In this document: positions 9,401 to 16,080 of the stretch, piece by piece
Layout of the letters: the number at the start of each line of letters is the position of its first letter
Position numbering within the stretch: position 1 is the first letter of the stretch
NCBI GenBank assembly: GCA_964554375.1
Contig: CAZKOL010000005.1
Location: forward strand, 2,859 to 66,858
From: an uncultured Dehalococcoidales bacterium
GTDB taxonomy: Bacteria; Chloroflexota; Dehalococcoidia; GIF9; UBA5629
Length of the DNA: 64,000 bases
Direction of reading: 5' to 3'
Program-made: the position numbers and the translations under genes
The notes under the pieces: model-generated
Told to the model about the DNA's origin: nothing
Database searches by the model: none
Seen by the model: only the letters and a program-made list of their open reading frames with translations

Positions 9401-10414
9401 ATCCAGGATATCACTCAGCTTAAACAGGCAGAGGCAGCCCTCAAGGAGAGCGCGCAGCGCTACCGCTCGCTTTTCCAGCATAATCCAAATGCTGTATATT
9501 CTCTGGACCTTCAGGGACGCTTCACCAGCATCAACGCCGCCGCGACTGCACTCTCCGGTTACTCGGAAGCGGAGGCGGAGAAGATGTCTTTGCAGCAGAT
9601 TATAGCGTCTGAATACCTGGAGACCGTGCGGCGCAATTTTGCCAGAGCTTGCGGAGGAGAGCCCCAGGCCTACGAGTTAGCAATAATCACCAAAAACGGC
9701 AAGAAAATCGACTGCTTCGTCACCAGCACTCCTATCATCATCGACGGCAAGGTGATCGGCGTCTACGGCATAGCCGAGGACATAACCGGGCGCAAAAAGG
9801 CGGCTCAAGACCTAAAAGCGGCCCTGGAGAAAGCCAGCTCCACGCTGGATGGGACCATCGAGGCCATAGCCATGATGAGCGAGTTGCGAGATCCCTACAC
9901 CGCGGGCCACCAGCGCATGGTCAGCCAGCTTGCAGTAGCCATAGCTACTGAGATCGGCATGGAGCGGGACAGGATAGAGGACCTGACCGTGGCAGGCTTG
10001 CTGCACGATGTCGGCAAGGTCTATGTCCCTTCGGAGATACTGAGCAAGCCGGGCAAGCTCACCGATCTCGAGCTCGGGCTGGCCAAGGCCCATGCCGAAG
10101 CCAGCTATAACATCGTCAGGTCCATAAAATTTTCAGGACCGATTGCGCACATAGTGTGGCAGCACCACGAAAGAATGGATGGTTCCGGATATCCGCAGGG
10201 ACTGGTCGGCGACCAGATCATGCTGGAAGCCAGGATTTTAGCCGTGGCAGATGTGGTCGAGGCCATGGTCTCACACCGTCCCTACCGTCCCGCCCTGGGA
10301 CTGGAGAAAGCGCTGGACGAGATAACAAGCAAACGCGCTGTCCTCTACGATGCGCAGGCAGTAGACGCCTGCCTGGTACAATTCAACGAGAAGGGCTTCC
10401 AGTTCCATGATTAG
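6470..10414 (+). CDS. Response-regulator receiver / multi-PAS / GAF / HD-GYP c-di-GMP phosphodiesterase (1314 aa)
   Basis: The N-terminal receiver is 'ILIADDSEE...FSDILMPVMDG'. It is followed by several PAS/PAC units (e.g. 'FIHPDDRE' twice) and a GAF-like segment. The C-terminal HD-GYP domain shows 'LLHDVGKVYVP' and 'HHERMDGSGYPQGL'. The start is GTG. Confidence 0.85.
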   Translation: MKRAGRAAAAGAAVKKKFSGLPKILIADDSEESLRLYSTILKNKGYRITTAVNGMEALKKARKDPPELIFSDILMPVMDGFRLLQECKADPALSNIRFVFITGAFTDNKDEELGLKLGADVFLRKPIEPDELLHALEEVLSIKPTAGKRRHKPKEDKRRPENDLYNAAIMQKLEQKMQALEDEIADHQKSEESLAKSEEQYRYLFETMDQGVMCWAEGSVISANPAAARILGMDDKDLLGRTAADPIWKAFYEDGSDFAADDFPVTVAFKTGRPVRDVTMGFFNGRDDKFHWIRVSGIPQFHPGEDRPYQVYATLDDITDRFFAFKALQESESRMSAILENTQDAMWSVDRDFRLIAANNSARKFYKQIYGVTLTEGMDVRSAMPWENSDPWTAVGQRILNGERVTFEKRYDFAESPAYYEFSISPIVSASGRVTGAASSAKDITERKKAEQQMKESEEIFRKAVQSTTDIVWDWDIGSGHVEWYGDIDGMLGYNRDEFPRTLAAWENALHPDDHDRVMAALDRHAETGEPYNVEYRIVRRDGSLRNWIDRGLVIYDENGKITHSIGACVDITEHRQSEQRGRIRRDLALKLAGCADMQTALRYCLDAAIEISGFDTGAIFIRDEKSGDFKAACHHGGSAYLEEHYSVLKADSVDARIRRKGQSIYVTAEEFTTPFDEQLRPEGLTFDAMIPVVYQGRVIASLDLFSHTQNNLPLVIRDSLEAIAADIGIIIDRISSRQALQDSEEKYRLVVENAGEAIFVAQDGMLKFANQNTASMIGYQGKDLSSKPFIDFIHPDDREFVVERHLRRLKGEIFEETYPFRVVKRDGQMRWVEIQAVLIQWEERPATLNFITDITERRRAEKALIESEIKYRSLVDTSSSGVAVADETGNLTLVNDRLCQIYGYDKDEVMGRQFFDFIHPDDRERITADFLEAVTKNQTLPAIEFRGVRKDGSIVWLFTNPSTLIIEGRLTGFSVIIQDITQLKQAEAALKESAQRYRSLFQHNPNAVYSLDLQGRFTSINAAATALSGYSEAEAEKMSLQQIIASEYLETVRRNFARACGGEPQAYELAIITKNGKKIDCFVTSTPIIIDGKVIGVYGIAEDITGRKKAAQDLKAALEKASSTLDGTIEAIAMMSELRDPYTAGHQRMVSQLAVAIATEIGMERDRIEDLTVAGLLHDVGKVYVPSEILSKPGKLTDLELGLAKAHAEASYNIVRSIKFSGPIAHIVWQHHERMDGSGYPQGLVGDQIMLEARILAVADVVEAMVSHRPYRPALGLEKALDEITSKRAVLYDAQAVDACLVQFNEKGFQFHD

Positions 10415-10477
10415 CGGCAGGGTTCGGCAGCGCCTGCTGCCTTTGAGGCATAGCGGCGGCTGCCGGCAAGACTGAGG

Positions 10478-11632
10478 ATGAGCAAGATTATGAGCGCCGA
10501 TACCCCGGCTTTCAGCCTGCTTAGCAAAGATGACCTCTACCTTTTCAACGAGGGCAGCCACCTGCGCCTCTATGACAAGCTGGGGGCCCACCCGGTTTCC
10601 GGGGATGGACACGACGGCACTTACTTCGCCGTCTGGGCGCCCAACGCACATCACGTTTATGTTGCAGGGGATTTCAATCAATGGGCAAAGAGGGGCGCCA
10701 GGCTGACTCCGCGCGGTGATTCCGGTATCTGGTAGGGCTTCGTCCCCGGCCTCAGCCAGGGCGCCCTCTACAAGTACCATATCGAGTCCAATGTACGCCG
10801 CTACAGGGTGGACAAGGCCGACCCCTTTGCATTCCACTGCGAAACCCCGCCCAAAACGGCATCGGTGGTCTGGGATCTTTCCTATACGTGGGAGGACCGG
10901 CAGTGGATGGACCGGCGCAGGGAGGCCAACGGACTGGAGTGCCCAATATCAATTTACGAGGTACACCCGGGTTCCTGGATGCGCCTGCCGGAAGAAAATA
11001 ATAGGCATCTCAGCTACAGGGAACTGGCGCCAAGGCTGGCTGATTATGTCAGTAAAATGGGGTTCACACACGTGGAGCTGATGCCGGTCACGGAACATCC
11101 TTTCTATGGCTCCTGGGGATACCAGGTAACAGGGTATTTCGCGCCCACCAGCCGCTACGGCACCCCCCAGGACTTCATGTACCTGGTCGATTACCTGCAC
11201 CAGCATAATATCGGTGTCATGCTCGACTGGGTACCCTCGCATTTCCCGAGCGATGCCCACGGGCTGGGATTTTTCGACGGCACGCACCTGTATGAACATT
11301 CCGACCCGGGCGGGTTCGAATGGATAGACTGCAACGATTCATTGCACAGCGTGGTGAGCTACCTGCGCCGCGGGCGCTCCACCGGGGACATATTTTTAGT
11401 AGTCTTGAATTTCACTCCCGTACCGCATGCGGGCTACCGGGTGGGCGCTCCGCGCGGAGGACATTGGAAAGAGGTGCTCAACAGCGATGCTGAGATATAC
11501 GGCGGGAGCGGCCAGGGCAATCTCGGAGGAGTAGAGACCGTGTCACGTGCCGTTCACGGCAGGCCTTTTTCACTCAGCATCATGCTGCCGCCGCTGGCGG
11601 CAGTGGTTTTCAAATCGTCCATGCCGGGATAG
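10478..11632 (+). pseudogene. glgB: 1,4-alpha-glucan branching enzyme pseudogene (in-frame TAG plus large internal deletion)
   Basis: ORFs 10478-10735 and 10808-11632 share one frame and read as GlgB. '...[13 protein letters not shown]...' has TAG (10733-10735) where the family has Glu. '...LYEHSDPG|GFEWIDCND...' jumps from before the catalytic barrel to the C-terminal domain. Confidence 0.8.
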
Positions 11633-11654
11633 GCCATCAGGGAAACAGGCTGAC

Positions 11655-11676
11655 GGGCGGACATAAATGTCCGCCC
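11655..11676. terminator. Bidirectional hairpin between convergent glgB remnant and histidine kinase
   Basis: gggcggaca-taaa-tgtccgccc has a 9-bp GC-rich stem. It sits in the 72-nt gap between two convergent 3' ends. Confidence 0.55.
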
Positions 11677-11704
11677 ATGCATCTAGATTTAATCACGGTC
11701 ATTT

Positions 11705-12889
11705 TTAAATAGATATCTCCACCTTGATGGTGGTGCCCCTGCCCCTGACCGAATCGATATCCATCTTCCCGTCCAGCATCTGCACTCGCTCCACTATGCC
11801 GGCCAGCCCCAGCTTGCCGTCCCGTGGCAGCGAATCGATTTTGCCGGCCAGGTCAAATCCCACGCCGTTGTCGGTCACACTGACGCGCACGCTGCTCTCA
11901 AGATATTCGATACGCACGGTGGCCGATGAGACCTTGGCATGTTTGGCAGCATTGATAAGGGCCTCCTGGATAATCCTGAAAAGCGCCAGCTCCGTGTCCG
12001 GCTGGAGCCTTTTTTGTTCGCCGGTGGTGACGATCTCCACTTCCATGTCATACATTTTTTTTAATTCACTGCTCAGCCATTCCAGCACCGGCAGCAGGCC
12101 GAGGTCATCCAGGACTGGCGGGCGCAACTGACGGCTGAACCTCCTGACCTCCTCCACTGCCCATTTCAGCCTCTTGTATATGGCATTGAGCCTGGTTGTT
12201 TCCGGGCCCTTGAGATCGGGTTTGCCCGCCAGGAAATTATCCATCTGGTAGATCAGTGCCACCAGCGTCTGCACTGTTGTATCGTGCAGCTCCCTGGCTA
12301 TATACTTGCGCTCCTCCTCCTGCACCCGCGTGATCTGCCTGGCGTAGTAGCGCAGGTTCTGCTCCGCCAGGTGCCTTTCCGTTACATCCTCCAGTATCTC
12401 GATAGCACCGATCACCTTCCCCCGGCTGGTCAGGGGGCTGGCCGTGAAATGGTACCACTTGCCGTTCTCACCCAGCGATGGGAAGAAGTCTTCAGCTTCA
12501 TAGGCGCCTCTGATCAGAGATGACTTCCTGGCGTTGCCGTGGTAGCTGGCCGATATCTCCTCCTCCGAAGCCCCATCCGTTATGAGGTCGGCCAGAACAG
12601 GCCTTTCATTACTGTAGAAAGCCTTCCACTGATTGCCTGTGCCCAGCACTTCATCCTTGCTGATGCCCGACAGCACCTCCAGGGCCCTGTTCCACTGGAT
12701 AACGTGGTGCTTCTTATTGACGGCAAAAACAGGAAGAGGAAAGCGGCCCAGCACGCGGGCCAGTATCACATCGGAGCTGGTAAGCAGGTCTTCCCTGTTA
12801 AGATACAGCTTTACTACGAAAAATATGAGCACGCCTGCCGTGATAGCCAGGGCAACCAGCAGGATAAAGATGATGTTTACGTATGACAT
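11705..12889 (-). CDS. Membrane-anchored PAS sensor histidine kinase (HisKA_3/NarX-type)
   Basis: An N-terminal TM helix, a PAS segment, the H-box 'ARELHDTTVQTLVAL' and the ATPase blocks 'VTDNGVGF' and 'GLAGIVERV'. Confidence 0.85.
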   Translation of the reverse strand: MSYVNIIFILLVALAITAGVLIFFVVKLYLNREDLLTSSDVILARVLGRFPLPVFAVNKKHHVIQWNRALEVLSGISKDEVLGTGNQWKAFYSNERPVLADLITDGASEEEISASYHGNARKSSLIRGAYEAEDFFPSLGENGKWYHFTASPLTSRGKVIGAIEILEDVTERHLAEQNLRYYARQITRVQEEERKYIARELHDTTVQTLVALIYQMDNFLAGKPDLKGPETTRLNAIYKRLKWAVEEVRRFSRQLRPPVLDDLGLLPVLEWLSSELKKMYDMEVEIVTTGEQKRLQPDTELALFRIIQEALINAAKHAKVSSATVRIEYLESSVRVSVTDNGVGFDLAGKIDSLPRDGKLGLAGIVERVQMLDGKMDIDSVRGRGTTIKVEISI

Positions 12890-12899
12890 GGCCGCCCGG

Positions 12900-13604
12900 T
12901 CAGGTCAGGTCCTTGAGGCTCAACCAGTTCCTCTTCAGGGCCTCGACCACCGCCTCTGTCCTTGAACCAACCCCCAGCTTACTGAAAATGGTTCTCAGGT
13001 GGCTCTCTATGGTGCTCACGCTCAGGTGAAGCTCCTGTGCTATAGCATTGTTGCTGAGCCCGCCGGCGGCCAGTTTGAGTACGGTTATCTCTCTCTCACT
13101 GAGCAGGTCCAGAGAGGGCTCTTCCGGGGCCTCACCCTTGCCCGCTCGAAATTTCTGCAGCACCTTCTTGGCTATATTAGGATGGAGCACCGACTCACCC
13201 CTGTGCACAGCCTTTATCGCCTCTACAAGGTCAGACACGCCGACATCCTTCAGCAGGTAGCCGGCAGCCCCGGCGGAAAGCACCGAGAAAATATATTGCT
13301 CGTCATCGTAGGCAGTGAGTACCAGTATAGATACAGCCGGTTGAAACGATTTGATCTGCCTGGTCGCTTCAATTCCGTTCAACCTGGGCATGGCCACGTC
13401 CATCAGGATTACATCGGGCCTCAGCTCACGCGCCAGCTTGACAGCCTCTTCACCATCGCTCGCCTCACCAACAACCCTGAACTCGGGTTCGCGCGATAAT
13501 GCTTCGCGGATGCTCTCCCTTACAACAGCATGGTCTTCGGCCAGCAGTATCTTAATCGAATCCAATTCACGTTTATCCCGTCTAAATTTGCAGTAAGTAT
13601 ACAA
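12900..13604 (-). CDS. NarL/LuxR-family response regulator
   Basis: Receiver 'ILLAEDHAVVRE...ILMDVAMPRLNG' followed by the LuxR HTH 'LSEREITVLKLAAGGLSNNAIAQELHLSVSTIESH'. Both candidate starts are TTG (13604 and 13565). The 13565 start gives the family-typical 'xDSIKILLAEDH' N-terminus. Confidence 0.85.
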   Translation of the reverse strand: MYTYCKFRRDKRELDSIKILLAEDHAVVRESIREALSREPEFRVVGEASDGEEAVKLARELRPDVILMDVAMPRLNGIEATRQIKSFQPAVSILVLTAYDDEQYIFSVLSAGAAGYLLKDVGVSDLVEAIKAVHRGESVLHPNIAKKVLQKFRAGKGEAPEEPSLDLLSEREITVLKLAAGGLSNNAIAQELHLSVSTIESHLRTIFSKLGVGSRTEAVVEALKRNWLSLKDLT

Positions 13605-14024
13605 CTGCGCTTAAGCGCAAGTAAAGACGTCTTCCCGATCTAGACCGCACCCTGGCCAATTGCACAGGCCCGGCAAACCTACTTAGCATCCGTGCCCAGC
13701 GCACCCTGCAGCAAGTCGGCCAGTTCCATTTCAACACCTCCAGTTCTCTGCGCTATATAGAATATTGAGTATTTCGGCCCGATGCAAAGTGTTTATGCCA
13801 GAAAGACAATATCTTCGATGCAGGAGATCGTTATAACCTTCTTGATATTAAGATGTTAAAGCGAGTATATCTCCTGGCCGAACATGTGGACCCAGTTTTT
13901 CTTAAGCGCTCCGGCCGCTTCGGCTGTTTTATCCACGCCTATGATGACGATGGGCTGCCGTGCTAATGGCAAATACAGGCGCATTTTTAACCGGCGATTA
14001 ACCGATCATCGCCTGGTACCGGCA

Positions 14025-14813
14025 TCATTGCAGGTAGTTGTCCAGCACCTGCTGGAAGGGGGTTACAGAGATACTCATATCTCCGCTGTAGGGGAAATCC
14101 ATTATCAGGATAGTGAAAATAATAAGCACGATCAGTACCGCCAGGAGCGTGGTCATAGTAAGCTGCGCATAGAGGTTCTGCGACCCGAAAAAGAAGGTGA
14201 ACACCACCGTGATAATGCCTCCCAGAAGAAGCACGAACCACAGCGAGGGATGTATTCCCGACCTGGCATCTTGAAGGCGCTGCCTCCTCATCTCAACCGC
14301 ATTGTTCATCTTTTTTAACATTTCACTGAAAAATATCTTCTCCCTGTCGGTTTTAGGGTCAAATCTCGCGGTTATTTCCCAGACCTTATCGGCGGCCGCC
14401 TGCGCCTCTGTGCTTTTCTCACCGAGCTGCATCTGCGGCCACTCGTATTTGATTACCGTGTTAATATAATTGGCGTTGGCTTCAATGAACTGGCTCCTGA
14501 ACGGTTCCGACAATCCCACGGTGTCGCGGTAAATTTGAGCAAAGTAGTTGGCTTCCGTCACAGTATTGTTCTGCGCCCTGTCGAAGTCCTGCCAGACGAT
14601 CACCAGCACGAAGGCCAGCATGACAGCATAGATTACACCGATGGTGCTGAAAATAGGGCCGGCGATATCATGGTGTTCTTTGAATTTCTTGATGTCTACC
14701 AGGTGGCGTACCAGCAACACACCACCCACGGCAATGCCCACGGCTATAGCCAGCATGCTAACAGCTATTACCCAGGTCGGAATATTCAGCAGCATCCATT
14801 GTTGTAACGGCAT
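14025..14813 (-). CDS. Integral membrane protein, DUF4239/bestrophin-like (tentative)
   Basis: Two N-terminal and two C-terminal TM segments flank a soluble helical region. The overall layout recalls the DUF4239 family. The family assignment is from memory only. Confidence 0.5.
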   Translation of the reverse strand: MPLQQWMLLNIPTWVIAVSMLAIAVGIAVGGVLLVRHLVDIKKFKEHHDIAGPIFSTIGVIYAVMLAFVLVIVWQDFDRAQNNTVTEANYFAQIYRDTVGLSEPFRSQFIEANANYINTVIKYEWPQMQLGEKSTEAQAAADKVWEITARFDPKTDREKIFFSEMLKKMNNAVEMRRQRLQDARSGIHPSLWFVLLLGGIITVVFTFFFGSQNLYAQLTMTTLLAVLIVLIIFTILIMDFPYSGDMSISVTPFQQVLDNYLQ

Positions 14814-15014
14814 ATTTACCTCGCTTGCTTATTCTGCCCCTATTAAACTACTGCAGGCACAGCCCGTCAAACTACGCAGGTTATAAAAGTTTGATGCCGC
14901 ACCTGAAAGGGACAGCTTGAAACTGCTGCCTCTTATTTGTAGAATGTTACGCGTATTGCCACAATGCACGGCGGGGCGCAACCGCCTGCCGTCAGCAAAA
15001 TTGGAGGATAGCGC

Positions 15015-15638
15015 ATGGAAGAATTGAAGCAGCTTGTGATAGACGGCAAGGCCGACAGGGCTGCGGCCATGGTCGCGAAGCTACTGGACGAAGGCGGGTC
15101 AGCTGAAGCGCTGATGGAGAAAGCACTGATTCCCGCCATGGACGTGGTCGGTAAGCTCTTCCAGGACGGTGAATATTTTCTGCCCGAGCTGCTGGTGTCG
15201 GCCAAGGCCATGCAGAAAAGCGTGGAGGTGATCAAGCAGCGCTCACCTGCCGGTACAGTCACCAAAAGTGGCAAGGCCGTGGTGGGCACGGTTAAAGGTG
15301 ACCTTCACGATATCGGCAAAAACCTGCTTGTCATGTCGCTTGAGGGCGCCGGCTTCGAGGTAGTGGACCTCGGCACAGACGTTTCAGCAGAGCAGTTTGT
15401 GGGGGCCGTCAAAAAGCATAAGCCCAATGTAGTGGGCATGTCGGCCCTGCTCTCCACCACAATGTACATGATGAAAGACGTTATCGAGGCCATCGATAAG
15501 GAGGGCTTGCACGCGAGTGTAAAAATTATGGTCGGCGGCGCCCCGCTCAACGATGATTACGCTAAAAAGATTGGCGCGGATTTTTACGGTCCCGACTGCA
15601 TTTCCGGCAGGGATTACGTGCGCTCTATCACAGCCTGA
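15015..15638 (+). CDS. Cobalamin-binding corrinoid protein (MtbC/MttC/MtaC-like)
   Basis: B12-binding DxHxxG motif in 'GDLHDIGKNLLVMSLEGAGFEVVDLG', preceded by an N-terminal helical cap domain. SD ttGGAGGatagcgcATG. Confidence 0.85.
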   Translation: MEELKQLVIDGKADRAAAMVAKLLDEGGSAEALMEKALIPAMDVVGKLFQDGEYFLPELLVSAKAMQKSVEVIKQRSPAGTVTKSGKAVVGTVKGDLHDIGKNLLVMSLEGAGFEVVDLGTDVSAEQFVGAVKKHKPNVVGMSALLSTTMYMMKDVIEAIDKEGLHASVKIMVGGAPLNDDYAKKIGADFYGPDCISGRDYVRSITA

Positions 15639-15679
15639 AAGGATTGAGCAGTTCATATGCCATGGGGAGGAGGCAGCGC

Positions 15680-15875
15680 ATGAGCAGCAAAAGCAGAGGC
15701 GGCAATGACGCCGGACGAATACAAGCAGGACATCCTTGAAAGCTACCGCATCGGCCGTGCTAAAAACCGCCACATCCTGGGGACCACGCACGAGATACAG
15801 TACACTATGCCCGACGAAAACATCAGGGTCCTCTTCGAAACGGTCAGGGACATACAGGCCGGCATGTATGATTAG
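15680..15875 (+). pseudogene. Possible remnant of a URO-D/MtaA-type methyltransferase (start signals plus last 56 codons)
   Basis: A strong SD (GGAGGAGG) with ATG at 15680 opens only a 19-codon frame. An overlapping frame (ATG 15705 to TAG 15875) encodes 'MTPDEYKQDILESYRIGRAKNRHILGTTHEIQYTMPDENIRVLFETVRD...'. That sequence resembles the C-terminal end of uroporphyrinogen-decarboxylase-fold methyltransferases. Confidence 0.3.
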
Positions 15876-15955
15876 CAGTTACACGTAGCAATCGGCGAAA
15901 AGGCTTTGCCTGAGCGATGTTTTGCCCCATTATTCAGGTTGAAACGAATTTTTTA

Positions 15956-15964
15956 TGTTATAAT
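15956..15964 (+). promoter_or_regulatory. Extended -10 promoter candidate for the PAS-GGDEF gene
   Basis: tgtTATAAT (TGnTATAAT) lies in an AT-rich stretch 117 nt upstream of the ATG at 16081. Confidence 0.35.
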
Positions 15965-16080
15965 CGTGAGACGGTTTTTCAGTCCATAGTACACGTGTGT
16001 TGTATGGCTTATATGATACATAGCGGTCCGGACCGCAGTTCAAGGTTGTCCAAGGTATGAGGCAGACATAGAGGCAATGC

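Noticed and set aside
10733-10735. The in-frame TAG in glgB as a possible pyrrolysine or read-through codon, prompted by the nearby methylamine-type corrinoid protein
   Set aside because: The position aligns with a conserved Glu, not a Pyl site. No pylTSBCD genes are visible. The same gene has also lost its catalytic core, so pseudogenisation is the simpler explanation.
11313-11321. tRNA T-loop-like 'GGTTCGAAT' string
   Set aside because: It lies inside the glgB reading frame (encoding GFEW) at the deletion junction. No cloverleaf can be drawn around it. No tRNA was found anywhere in the window.
13856-13984. 42-codon minus-strand ORF (MRLYLPLARQPIVIIGVDKTAEAAGALKKNWVHMFGQEIYSL) in the long gap downstream of the DUF4239 gene. 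It faintly resembles a fragment of a periplasmic sugar-binding protein.
   Set aside because: It has no SD and is too short for a confident homology judgement by eye. At best it is another gene remnant, so it is not reported as a feature.
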